Assembly (NCBI GenBank): GCA_963804655.1
Contig: CAWDRE010000001.1
Location: 311,747-375,746, forward strand
DNA length: 64,000 nt
Source: an uncultured Acidobacteriota bacterium
Lineage (GTDB): Bacteria > Acidobacteriota > Terriglobia > Acidiferrales > UBA7541
Reading direction: 5' to 3'
Below, in pieces: positions 10,872 to 19,888 of the stretch. Position 1 is the stretch's first letter. Every line of letters starts with the position of its first letter. Under the pieces are notes generated by a model. The model saw only the letters and a list, made by a program, of their open reading frames with translations, searched no databases and was not told the origin of the DNA. Made by a program: the position numbers and the translations under genes.

Positions 10872-11027
10872 TAGAGACATCGTCGTTAAGTTGTAGGGGA
10901 GCGGGTATTAGACCCACAACCAGGGCAGCTGACGACGGATTCGCAATCGAGAAGATAATTTGGCGGCAGACCGGGACATCAGCGCATTGCCCGGGGATTT
11001 CCAAGGGAATTTCGTCAGGAGAATCGA

Positions 11028-11384
11028 ATGGCAGAAGAAAACGCACCAATGCAGCAATCGCACGGGCCTTCCTCGGGAGGCATGCGATCGTCGGGACCGG
11101 GCGGACCAGGCGCCGGTGGAAGACCTGGTGGCGGACCGGGTGGCCCAGCCAAGCGCGGGAAGCGGAATTTTGTGCGCAAGAAGAAGGTTTGCCGGTTCTG
11201 CGTGGACAAAGCCGACTTCATTGACTACAAGAAGGCCGAAATTCTGGCGCCGTTCATCCAGGAGCGCGGAAAGATTCTTCCGCGGCGCATGACTGGAACG
11301 TGCGCGCGGCATCAGCGTTGGCTGACCGTCGCGATCAAGCGGGCGCAGAATATTGCGTTACTGCCGTTTGCAGCGGAGTTGTAG
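11028..11384 (+). CDS. rpsR: 30S ribosomal protein S18 with Gly/Pro-rich N-terminal extension
   Basis: Core [53 protein letters not shown], preceded by about 45 aa rich in G/P ([19 protein letters not shown]). Confidence 0.93.
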   Translation: MAEENAPMQQSHGPSSGGMRSSGPGGPGAGGRPGGGPGGPAKRGKRNFVRKKKVCRFCVDKADFIDYKKAEILAPFIQERGKILPRRMTGTCARHQRWLTVAIKRAQNIALLPFAAEL

Positions 11385-11415
11385 CGTCAACGCCTGAAAC
11401 GCATCTGAAATCGTA

Positions 11416-11436
11416 GGGCGGCTCTGAGAGCCGCCC
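11416..11436 (+). other. GC-rich hairpin in the rpsR-rplI spacer
   Basis: GGGCGGCTC-TGA-GAGCCGCCC, a 9-bp stem with a 3-nt loop and no U-tract. A second small hairpin, ACCCGG-GAAG-CCGGGT, follows. Confidence 0.35.
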
Positions 11437-11516
11437 CTACAAAAGTACCCGGGAAGCCGGGTCAACGAAGAAATTATCGGATTCGAATCGCTCGTAGAAA
11501 CTCGAGGGGCAGAATC

Positions 11517-11963
11517 ATGCAGATCATTTTGCAGGAAGACGTCGAAAAGCTGGGAACGCGCGGGCAACTGGTGGAAGTGGCTGAAGGTTATGCGCGCAAT
11601 TTTCTTCTGCCGCGCAAGCTGGGCCTGGAAGCTACGGCCGGCAACCTGAAGCGTCTGGAGAAGATGCGCGCCAACTTCGCGAAGAAGGAAGCAACCGAGA
11701 AGGAAGCCGCGCAAAAGCAGCGCGAACAGCTCGCGGCCGTTGCGCTGGAATTCACGCGGAAGGCTGGGGAGAACGACCAGCTTTTCGGCTCGGTCACCTC
11801 GGGTGACATTGCCGAAGCGCTGGCTGCCAAGGGATTTGAGATTGATAAGAAGCGAATCGTCCTTGCTGAACCGATCAAGGTCATGGGCGAGTACGAGGTC
11901 CCGGTGAAGTTGCACCGGGAAGTTACGGCGAACCTGAAGATTGCGGTGAAGAAAGAAGAGTAA
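11517..11963 (+). CDS. rplI: 50S ribosomal protein L9
   Basis: MQIILQEDVEKLGTRGQLVEVAEGYARNFLLP. Confidence 0.93.
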   Translation: MQIILQEDVEKLGTRGQLVEVAEGYARNFLLPRKLGLEATAGNLKRLEKMRANFAKKEATEKEAAQKQREQLAAVALEFTRKAGENDQLFGSVTSGDIAEALAAKGFEIDKKRIVLAEPIKVMGEYEVPVKLHREVTANLKIAVKKEE

Positions 11964-11986
11964 CGACATTTCTTATTGGGATTCCG

Positions 11987-12021
11987 AAGGCGTCCTGCAA
12001 TTTGGGGCGCCTTTTTCATTT
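11987..12021 (+). terminator. rho-independent terminator after rplI
   Basis: AAGGCGTCC (11987-11995) pairs with GGGCGCCTT (12005-12013), including one G-U pair, over a 9-nt loop. TTTCATTT follows. Confidence 0.5.
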
Positions 12022-12264
12022 GTGCAGTGCGCGGGCGGCCGATAGGAAGTTATCCACTTTTCCGAATTCATGCACAGGCGATAACGCCGGGGTGCGATTG
12101 ACGCGAGCGCGGAATTTGCGCACAATTCTTCCGCCTACGACGAAAGGAACCCACGTCGTCAGCGGGCACGGCTTGCGGCGCCCCAACGACGCTTCGGCGG
12201 CGTTGTCGTGAAGCGCCAGCAGTTGTAAGATTGGGTTGGCCACAGGAAAACACAAACGCAAACC

Positions 12265-13638
12265 ATGCCAGGCGACACAACTCTCGAACGCCCGCTACCG
12301 CACAATCTGGAAGCTGAGCGCAGCATTCTGGGCGCTATCCTGCTGGACAATCACTCGCTGAATGCCGCGATTGAGAAGGTGCGCTCGGACGATTTCTTTT
12401 TGCCGCAGCACCGCCAGATTTTTGAGCGCATGGTGCAACTGGGCGAGAAACAGCAGGCCATAGATATCGTCACGCTGATGGAAGATTTGTCGCGGCGCGG
12501 CGAATTGGAAGCAGCGGGCGGAATCGCTTACCTGTCGCAGTTGGCCGACGGCTTGCCGCGCATCACGAACGTGGAGCACTACGCGCGGATCGTCAAAGAA
12601 AAATCGGTTCTGCGCAACCTGATTTTTTCGGCATCCGCCATTCAAGAGCAGGCGCTCGCGGCGGGCGATGATGCCGACGTGATTCTGGATCGCGCTGAAT
12701 CGGTAATCTTCCAACTGGCGGAAGACCGCGTGAAGGCGGGGCTGATCGGCGTCAAGGAACTGGTTCGCGACAATTTCGAGCGGCTGGAAAAGATCTTCAG
12801 CGAGGGCCGGCGAATCACCGGGCTGGCGACGGGTTATGCCAACCTCGACAACGAAACCGCCGGGCTGCAGCCTTCCGAGCTGATCATTCTGGCAGCGCGG
12901 CCATCCATGGGAAAAACGGCGCTGGCGCTGAACATTGCGGAAAACGTGGCAGTGCGCCACCGCGAGCCGGTAGCGATCTTCAGCCTGGAAATGTCCAAAG
13001 AATCGCTGCTCTTGCGTTTGCTGGCCTCCGAGGCGCGCGTGGACGCGCACAAATTCCGCACCGGCCATATGAATCGCGACGATTGGAGCAGAGTGACCGG
13101 CGCGCTGACGAATCTGGCCGAGGCGCCGCTGTGGATTGACGATTCGGCTTCTTCGACCGTGATGGAGATGGGCGCGAAGGCCCGGCGGCTAAAGCGCGAC
13201 CGCGGGCTTTCGCTGATTATCGTCGATTATCTGCAACTCGTGGTGCCCACGAACATGGGGCGCCAGAGTAATCGTCAAGAAGAAGTCTCTGGGATGTCCC
13301 GTGCGCTGAAGGGGCTGGCCAAGGAATTGAAGGTGCCGATTGTGGTGCTGAGCCAGTTGACGCGCGCGCCGGAGCGCGAGGAGCGCAAGCCGCAGCTCGC
13401 GGACCTGCGCGAATCGGGCGCGATCGAGCAGGATGCGGACGTGGTGATGTTCATCAACCGGCCGAATTTCTACAAAACGGATTTGCCGGAGGAAGATCGC
13501 GCGAAGGCGGAACTGATCATTGCGAAACAGCGCAACGGTCCCACCGGGAATTTGAGTTTTGTTTTCCTCGCGCGCCACACACGATTTGAGGAAGCCGCGC
13601 CGGACGCCTGGAGCGCCGGCGGAGGGCCGGAGGAGTAA
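12265..13638 (+). CDS. dnaB: replicative DNA helicase
   Basis: PHNLEAERSILGAILLDN, Walker A ARPSMGKTALALN, IIVDYLQL and ESGAIEQDADVV. Confidence 0.95.
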   Translation: MPGDTTLERPLPHNLEAERSILGAILLDNHSLNAAIEKVRSDDFFLPQHRQIFERMVQLGEKQQAIDIVTLMEDLSRRGELEAAGGIAYLSQLADGLPRITNVEHYARIVKEKSVLRNLIFSASAIQEQALAAGDDADVILDRAESVIFQLAEDRVKAGLIGVKELVRDNFERLEKIFSEGRRITGLATGYANLDNETAGLQPSELIILAARPSMGKTALALNIAENVAVRHREPVAIFSLEMSKESLLLRLLASEARVDAHKFRTGHMNRDDWSRVTGALTNLAEAPLWIDDSASSTVMEMGAKARRLKRDRGLSLIIVDYLQLVVPTNMGRQSNRQEEVSGMSRALKGLAKELKVPIVVLSQLTRAPEREERKPQLADLRESGAIEQDADVVMFINRPNFYKTDLPEEDRAKAELIIAKQRNGPTGNLSFVFLARHTRFEEAAPDAWSAGGGPEE

Positions 13639-13924
13639 CATTCATCCGGCTTCGAGCGGCGTCCACTTCCTACCACATGCGTGTCGGAGGGGCCGCGATG
13701 GTTAAGCGCTCCTTCCGGAAATCCTCAAATTGACAACCGAAAAGACTGCTAAACCTCTTTTTAATCAGCTACTTATGAACACCCAAAGAAGGCTGGTCAT
13801 GCGCCAGGCTTGGCGAACGACTTGCAATGATTCCAAGTGGGTGTTTACCCAAACGGCGCGGAGCGAGTTGCAGACGGGAAATTCGTTCGCGCTCGCGCGC
13901 GGGAGTCTGGCATTCTAAAAGACG

Positions 13925-15085
13925 ATGTCAAAACCAATTCATTTTGAGGGACGCCCGGTGTGGGCGGAGATTTCGCTGGCAGCGATCCTGCACAACTTAC
14001 GGGTGATTCGCAAACACGTGGGAGCGCAACGCAAGATTCTTGCGGTAGTGAAATCGAACGCTTACGGCCTGGGCGCGGTGCCGATTTCGAAAGCGCTGCA
14101 GAAGGCCGGCACGGAGTGGTTCGGTGTGACCTGCGCGAACGAAGGCATCGAGCTGCGTGAAGCAGGCATTCGGAAACGCATATTGATTTTGACTGGTTTC
14201 TGGCCCGGCGAAGAAAAGCGTCTGATCAAGAACAACCTGACGCCCGCGGTTTTTCGCGTGGACGATCTTCGTCACCTGGAACGCAGCGCCAAGTCGGCCG
14301 GCGGCAAAGCTCGCGTGCCGTTTCATTTGAAGATCAATACCGGCATGAACCGGCTGGGAATTTCGCCCGATGAGATCGAAACCTTCGCGGGCGCTCTGGC
14401 TGATTGCAAATATATTCAGCTGGAAGGAACGTTCACGCATTTCGCTTCTGCGGAAGATTTCACCGCGCAGCAAACCGACGAGCAGGAGAAAACTTTCCTA
14501 TCCGCCCTAGCGCGGATGCGCGAGTTGGGTGTCTCGCCCGGAATCGTGCACATGGCCAACAGCGGCGCGATCTGCGCGCGGCCCAGCACGTGGGCGGACA
14601 TGGTGCGCCCGGGAGCGATTCTCTACGGTTATCACCAGTCGTTTGACCCGCCGCAAAAGAAACAGGAAATCGCGGGCCAGATCCCGCTGCGGCCGTGCCT
14701 GGCGCTGAAGGCCCGAATTATCTCGGTGCGAGACGTGCCCGAGGGCGAAGGCGTGGGGTACGGGGCGCGTTTTGTGACCAAACGGCCCGCGCGCATCGCC
14801 GTGATCAACGCTGGATACGCGGACGGAGTGGCTCGCGCCAGAACCAACCGTGGGTGCGCGCTCGTCCGCGGCCGGCGGGTTCCGCTGGTGGGCACGATTT
14901 CAATGGACTTGACTACGCTGGACGTGACCGACGTGCCGGAAGCCTCGCTGGGCGATGTGGTGACGATTTACGGCAAAGATGGAGATGCGGCGATCGAAGT
15001 CTCCGATGTTGCGCGCGAGATCGGCACCGTGACTTCAGACCTCTTATGTGCGCTGGGACGCCGCGTCCCGAGATTCTACCTATAG
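13925..15085 (+). CDS. alr: alanine racemase
   Basis: AVVKSNAYGLG (PLP lysine), HLKINTGMNRLG, HMANSG and GYGARF. Confidence 0.93.
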   Translation: MSKPIHFEGRPVWAEISLAAILHNLRVIRKHVGAQRKILAVVKSNAYGLGAVPISKALQKAGTEWFGVTCANEGIELREAGIRKRILILTGFWPGEEKRLIKNNLTPAVFRVDDLRHLERSAKSAGGKARVPFHLKINTGMNRLGISPDEIETFAGALADCKYIQLEGTFTHFASAEDFTAQQTDEQEKTFLSALARMRELGVSPGIVHMANSGAICARPSTWADMVRPGAILYGYHQSFDPPQKKQEIAGQIPLRPCLALKARIISVRDVPEGEGVGYGARFVTKRPARIAVINAGYADGVARARTNRGCALVRGRRVPLVGTISMDLTTLDVTDVPEASLGDVVTIYGKDGDAAIEVSDVAREIGTVTSDLLCALGRRVPRFYL

Positions 15086-15149
15086 CCCGCCGGGCTGGGC
15101 TTACCGGCAGTAGCAGGACTAGGTACGTTTACCATGTAAGCGCTCCTCG

Positions 15150-15180
15150 TTGACTCCCACTTCCCACGCGGTGCTATACT
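15150..15180 (+). promoter_or_regulatory. candidate sigma-70-type promoter for the PIN/TRAM-ispDF-rlmB unit
   Basis: TTGACT (15150-15155) and TATACT (15175-15180). The 19-nt spacer is longer than optimal. Confidence 0.25.
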
Positions 15181-15316
15181 GAGGACCTCATAAAGAATTC
15201 ATAAGGACCTCTGATCATCCCGGCCGGGCGCCCAAACTCATAAGCCGGAAAAAAGCAAGTCGAGACGAAATCATTGGACGCGGTTCGTCTGATACAGATT
15301 TTCATAAGGTGGGACC

Positions 15317-16543
15317 ATGCAAAGGACTCCTTCCGTTCCTCATAACCGGCCACCGGCCCTTCCAGCTGCGGAAGCTTCAACGATGAAGCCCGCCACGCCC
15401 TCACGTCCAGGTCTGGAACGTGTCGGGACTTTCTGGGACATGTTGGGAATTCGCATCGTATTCATGGCGGTATGCGTCGCGGCAGGATTTCACTTCCGGC
15501 CGTTTAGCGTCTCGCCGCTCTCTGGTGCTGCCGTTGGGTGTTTGTTCGGCCTGGCGGTCATACTGTTCGAGCTGCGCTTGCGGCACGCAAGCCTACGGCG
15601 ACTGATCGGCGCGGCGGTCGGCTCGATCCTGGGACTGCTCGGCGCTTATCTCACCTCGCTCATTCTGACGCACACCACGATGCCGGAAAGCACGCGGTCG
15701 TTCTTCAGCTTGGCGGCATTCCTGGTGATGGCCTATATCGGGCTGATCCTGGGCGCGAACAAGGGCGATATGCTCAATCTCCAGGCGCTCGGCGGATTGT
15801 TCGGCAGCGAGCGCAGCCTGAAGCATTCGTTCAAGGTGCTCGATACCAGCGTGATCATAGATGGCCGCGTGGCGGACATCGCCGAAGCGCAATTCCTGGA
15901 TGGAACGGTGATCATCCCGCAGTTCGTACTGCACGAATTGCAGTTGGTGGCCGATTCCGCCGATCCGCTGAAGCGGCAGCGTGGGCGACGCGGACTGGAA
16001 GTGCTGCAACGAATTCAGAAAATGGCGCATTTGGAAGTGCAGATCGCCGACGACGATTTCCTGCAAGTTCCGGAAGTGGACCTGAAGCTGATTGAATTGG
16101 CGAAGCGCTACGATGCGAAAATCGTGACCAACGATTTCAATTTGAATAAGGTGGCGACGCTGCAGGGCATCGAGATTCTGAACGTGAATCAACTGGCGAA
16201 TGCGCTGAAGCCGGTGGTGCTCCCCGGCGAGACGATGCGGGTGTTTATCCTCCGCGAAGGAAAAGAATACAACCAGGGCGTGGCGTATCTGGACGACGGC
16301 ACCATGGTGGTGGTGGATGGCGCGCGCAAGATGATAAACAAGACGATCGATATCACCGTGACTTCCGTGCATCAGACGACCGCCGGCAAAATGATTTTCG
16401 GGCGGTACGACGAGCGCGGCGAGCAACAGATACCGCGGGCGATCGCCGGTGGCTCACAACTCAGTGAAACTGCACCGCGCGCGACCGAGGGTGGCGGCGA
16501 ACGTCCCGCTCGGCCGCTTTATCCGGAATCCGGCAGGTCGTAG
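15317..16543 (+). CDS. membrane-anchored PIN domain / TRAM domain protein (YacL-like)
   Basis: Hydrophobic N-terminal helices, a PIN core (FKVLDTSVIIDGRVADI...KIVTNDFNLNKVA) and a TRAM-like C-terminus (GETMRVFILREGKEYNQGVAYLDDGTMVVV). It sits upstream of ispD-ispF, as yacL does in Bacillus. Confidence 0.85.
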   Translation: MQRTPSVPHNRPPALPAAEASTMKPATPSRPGLERVGTFWDMLGIRIVFMAVCVAAGFHFRPFSVSPLSGAAVGCLFGLAVILFELRLRHASLRRLIGAAVGSILGLLGAYLTSLILTHTTMPESTRSFFSLAAFLVMAYIGLILGANKGDMLNLQALGGLFGSERSLKHSFKVLDTSVIIDGRVADIAEAQFLDGTVIIPQFVLHELQLVADSADPLKRQRGRRGLEVLQRIQKMAHLEVQIADDDFLQVPEVDLKLIELAKRYDAKIVTNDFNLNKVATLQGIEILNVNQLANALKPVVLPGETMRVFILREGKEYNQGVAYLDDGTMVVVDGARKMINKTIDITVTSVHQTTAGKMIFGRYDERGEQQIPRAIAGGSQLSETAPRATEGGGERPARPLYPESGRS

Positions 16544-16640
16544 CGACGCACAGGCATACTTTTCTCTTTGACATCCGCAGAAGTGCTGCTCGTCTTCCCT
16601 TCCTCAACGTAGCAGGATTGCGATAGACTGTTGACCCTTC

Positions 16641-17357
16641 ATGGGCCGAATAGCCGCAATCATCCCTGCTGCTGGTCTGGGCACCCGCATGGGCGCCGAA
16701 ATGCCGAAGCAATTCCTCGAGTTGGATGGCATGCCGCTGGTGATTTTCACATTGCGGCGGCTGGCGGCTTGCTCCGCAATCACTGATTTTTTTCTTTCGA
16801 CGCGTGCGGACGATATCGTGCCGCTGCAAGATAGAGTGGCGAAGGCGGCGCTGGGACGTCCGGCGCGTGTGGTGCACGGCGGAGATACGCGGCAGCAATC
16901 CGTGGCGAACGCGTTGGCGCAAGTGGATCCCGCAACCGAAGTGGTGCTGGTGCACGACGCGGTCCGGCCGTTTGTTACTGCGGAACAAGTGGACCGCGTG
17001 ATTGCAGAGGCACGCAAGCGCGGTGCCGCGATTCTGGGAATCCCGGCGATTGACACGGTGAAAGAAGTGAAGCGCGCGAGCCTGCCGGAGGATGTGGCGC
17101 TGATTACTTCGACGATTCCCCGCGAGCGGGTGGTGCTGGCACAGACCCCGCAGGCGTTTTCCTATGCGCTCTTGCGCGACGCGTTTCGCAAGGCACAGAC
17201 GGACGGGATCGTGGCATCGGACGAATCAGCGCTGGTCGAACGATTTGGGCACGACGTGTTTGTGGTGCTGGGTTCGGAACGAAATTTGAAGATCACGCGG
17301 CCGGCGGACATGGACCTGGCACGATTTTATCTGGAGCAGGAGCGTCGCGCGAAATGA
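16641..17357 (+). CDS. ispD: 2-C-methyl-D-erythritol 4-phosphate cytidylyltransferase
   Basis: AAIIPAAGLGTRMGAEMPKQFL, VLVHDAVRPF and GIPAIDTVK. ATGA overlap with ispF. Confidence 0.93.
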   Translation: MGRIAAIIPAAGLGTRMGAEMPKQFLELDGMPLVIFTLRRLAACSAITDFFLSTRADDIVPLQDRVAKAALGRPARVVHGGDTRQQSVANALAQVDPATEVVLVHDAVRPFVTAEQVDRVIAEARKRGAAILGIPAIDTVKEVKRASLPEDVALITSTIPRERVVLAQTPQAFSYALLRDAFRKAQTDGIVASDESALVERFGHDVFVVLGSERNLKITRPADMDLARFYLEQERRAK

Positions 17358-17827
17358 CACGCTCGGGAATTGGATACGATTTGCACCGCCTGGCCGAAGG
17401 ACGCAAGTTGATGATCGGCGGAGTCGAGGTGCCGTTCGACAAGGGCTCGGTGGGACATTCGGATGGCGACGTGCTGGCGCACGCTTTGTGCGACGCACTG
17501 CTGGGCGCGGCGGGACTCGGCGATATTGGCACCCATTTTCCGGATACTGATCCCAAATGGAAGGGCGCGTCGAGCTTATTGTTTCTGGAGCACACGCGGA
17601 AATTGCTGGATGAGCGGAAACTTCGGATAAGTCATCTGGACGCCGTGGTGATCTGCGAGCGGCCGAAACTGGGGCCGCACTTCGCTGCCATGCGCGCGGC
17701 GCTGGCGAAATCGCTGGGTGTATCCACAGAGCAAATCAATCTGAAAGCCAAGACCAACGAGGGCACGGGCGAAATTGGGCGCGGCGAGGCGATTGCGGCG
17801 CATACGATTGCCACGCTGGAAGGATGA
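17354..17827 (+). CDS. ispF: 2-C-methyl-D-erythritol 2,4-cyclodiphosphate synthase
   Basis: GIGYDLHRL, GHSDGDVLAHALCDALLGAAGLGDIGTHFPDTDP. Confidence 0.95.
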   Translation: MTRSGIGYDLHRLAEGRKLMIGGVEVPFDKGSVGHSDGDVLAHALCDALLGAAGLGDIGTHFPDTDPKWKGASSLLFLEHTRKLLDERKLRISHLDAVVICERPKLGPHFAAMRAALAKSLGVSTEQINLKAKTNEGTGEIGRGEAIAAHTIATLEG

Positions 17828-17879
17828 ATTCGACGCACAGACGCAGAGGGCGCAGAAGAAAGCGCACAGACAGTTTAAG

Positions 17880-18641
17880 ATGGCAATGAATTGGCTTACC
17901 GGATTTCATGCCGTGGAAGAGGCGCTGGCTGCGGGACGGGCGCTGGATCGGATTGTGATTGCGCGCGGGCGGCACGGCGAGCGCGTGGAAGCCGTGGTGC
18001 AGCTGGCGAAGTCGAAGGGCGTGCCGGTACGCTTTGAAGACCGCCAGCAGATTGACCGCCTGGTGGGAATGCGCGAGCACCAGGGGGTGGCGGCGTTGGG
18101 AGCCGCGAAACCGGCGATGGAGCTGGAAGATTTGCTGGCGGCGCGAACTCCGCAGGGCTTGCTGGTTTTGCTCGACGGTATCGAGGATCCGCACAATCTG
18201 GGCGCGATCGTGCGGACGGCGCTGGCAGCCGGCGCCAATGGCGTGGTGATTCCGGAACGGCGGGCGGCGGGATTGAGCGATACCGTAGAACGCGCATCCG
18301 CCGGTGCTCTGGCACATTTGCCGATCGCGCGCGTAAAGAATCTGGTGCGCGCGATGGAAGAGATGAAAGAGGCGGGCTACTGGCTGGTGGGTCTCGATGA
18401 GCGCGCAGAAAAAAGTTACACGCAAGTGGATCTGAAGGGATCGGTAGGGATCGTGCTCGGCAGCGAAGGGGAAGGCTTACACGAACTGACGCGCAAACGA
18501 TGCGACTTTTTAGTTTCGCTGCCTACGGCGGGTCCGGTGCGATCACTTAATGTTTCTGTGGCGGCGGGGGTGATGCTGTTCGAGGTCGTGCGCCAGCGCA
18601 GGTCAACAGCAACACCGATGAACGCAGATAAACACAGATGA
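17880..18641 (+). CDS. rlmB: 23S rRNA 2'-O-ribose methyltransferase, SpoU/TrmH family
   Basis: LDGIEDPHNLGAIVRTA, IVLGSEGEGL and SLNVSVAAG. The ORF opens at 17775 inside ispF, but ATG 17880 gives the usual N-terminus. The last 8 codons lie in a 25-bp repeat element. Confidence 0.82.
   Translation: MAMNWLTGFHAVEEALAAGRALDRIVIARGRHGERVEAVVQLAKSKGVPVRFEDRQQIDRLVGMREHQGVAALGAAKPAMELEDLLAARTPQGLLVLLDGIEDPHNLGAIVRTALAAGANGVVIPERRAAGLSDTVERASAGALAHLPIARVKNLVRAMEEMKEAGYWLVGLDERAEKSYTQVDLKGSVGIVLGSEGEGLHELTRKRCDFLVSLPTAGPVRSLNVSVAAGVMLFEVVRQRRSTATPMNADKHR
18617..18641 (+). repeat. 25-bp direct repeat, copy 1 (GATGAACGCAGATAAACACAGATGA)
   Basis: 22/25 identical to 19352-19376 in the same orientation. 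The two copies bracket apt. Confidence 0.7.
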
Positions 18642-18763
18642 CACCGGATTGTGAAAGGCGGCTCTCGAGCTACAAGCTTCAGATGCCGCGTGACGGTGGC
18701 TCGAAGCTTCCTTCAGCCTCGTCTGTCCGACCTTCATTTTCGCTTTTCAATTTTCCGCCTTCC

Positions 18764-19285
18764 CTACTTGTCGTATTTAAGCAGCGAAAATACGTGGAGG
18801 CCGGGGAGTTTGGCGCGGCCGTTGAGGAACGTTAGCTCCACGGCGAAGGCTGCGCCGGCAACTTTACCGCCCAATTGCTCAATGAGTTTCACTGTGGCGG
18901 CCGCGGTGCCCCCGGTGGCGAGCAAGTCGTCGCAGATCAGCACGGTTTGGCCCGGCTTGATGGCGTCCTGGTGGATGTCGAGTTGGTCCGTGCCATATTC
19001 GAGCTGATACGTAATGGAAGCGGTCTTGCCCGGCAGCTTCTTGGGTTTGCGGACCGGTACGAAACCCGCACCGAGGCGGTAGGCGAGAGCGGGTGCAAAA
19101 ATAAAGCCGCGCGCTTCGATGCCGGCGACGATGTCCACCTTGGTTCCGTTGTATTGTTCGCAGAGTTGATCCACCAGCGAATGGAAACCCGCGGGATCTT
19201 TCAGCAGCGTGGTGAGGTCATAGAACAAAATTCCCGGCTTCGGGTAATCGGGAATTTCGCGGATCAGCGCTTTTAGGTCGTTCAT
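18764..19285 (-). CDS. apt: adenine phosphoribosyltransferase
   Basis: [17 protein letters not shown] and [14 protein letters not shown]. The ORF opens at 19360, but the [12 protein letters not shown] start at 19285 fits the family length. Confidence 0.93.
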   Translation of the reverse strand: MNDLKALIREIPDYPKPGILFYDLTTLLKDPAGFHSLVDQLCEQYNGTKVDIVAGIEARGFIFAPALAYRLGAGFVPVRKPKKLPGKTASITYQLEYGTDQLDIHQDAIKPGQTVLICDDLLATGGTAAATVKLIEQLGGKVAGAAFAVELTFLNGRAKLPGLHVFSLLKYDK

Positions 19286-19351
19286 CGTTCTCCTTGAGTT
19301 TGCTGGGTGCGCGTTGCTTGTCGCGAGCTGCAACAGACCAACATCACCACA

Positions 19352-19376
19352 GATGAACATAGATAAACACGGATGA
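19352..19376 (+). repeat. 25-bp direct repeat, copy 2 (GATGAACATAGATAAACACGGATGA)
   Basis: See copy 1. Lies in the acyP-apt spacer. Confidence 0.7.
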
Positions 19377-19421
19377 AAGCCAAACGATTTCGAAAATCAA
19401 TGCTGGCTCGATGCTTCGCGC

Positions 19422-19718
19422 TCAGCGCTCGATCGAGAATCGCTTCGAAAATTGCTCGAGCAGCGGCGCATCCTCTGCGGAGACGCTGGAGACGAGAGCG
19501 CCTTGCGGGCCCCGCTCGAGTTCCGGTCGCAATTCCGCCAGCTCGGGTTCGCCACCAATGGCATAAACTTCCACGCGGCCGTCGCGCAGATTCTTGGCAT
19601 AGCCGGCGACACCCAAGCGTTCTGCGACGCGCAATGCGAAATAACGGTAGCCAACTCCCTGGACCATGCCACTGATCAAATAGCGCCTGGATTGGCGGTG
19701 ATCGCGATTGTCCGTCAT
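19422..19718 (-). CDS. acyP: acylphosphatase
   Basis: ISGMVQGVGYRYF...GYAKNLRDGRVEVYA. Start taken at MTDNRDH (19718); the ORF opens at 19775. Confidence 0.88.
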   Translation of the reverse strand: MTDNRDHRQSRRYLISGMVQGVGYRYFALRVAERLGVAGYAKNLRDGRVEVYAIGGEPELAELRPELERGPQGALVSSVSAEDAPLLEQFSKRFSIER

Positions 19719-19888
19719 ACCCGTTACGGCCCCAAAGCAGCAAACGCGCGATTTTAGCAGAGCCTGGATGCGCATAACAGGGAGAGCGCGGGCTTTTTGC
19801 CATCACTGAGAAGAGTCCGCCGCCGGAAAATGAGTTAGAGTTGACCACGGAGGCGGTACTCAGCATCTAAGAACGAAGGATACCTGAA

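Noticed and set aside
9828-10880. 350-aa minus-strand ORF spanning pth and rpsF
   Set aside because: It is antisense to two unmistakable housekeeping genes. It is Arg/His/Leu-rich with no motifs. Typical high-GC shadow ORF.
12295-13068. 257-aa minus-strand ORF inside dnaB, and similar long antisense ORFs (8207-8872, 8898-9755, 15593-16426, 29119-29787, 37416-38126, 50772-51554, 55970-56701)
   Set aside because: Each lies opposite a gene with strong family motifs and has biased Arg/Pro/His composition. They are shadow ORFs.
13730-13918. 62-aa plus-strand ORF in the dnaB-alr spacer
   Set aside because: It has no Shine-Dalgarno and an odd composition. The 286-nt spacer may hold a promoter or leader for alr, but I could support nothing specific.
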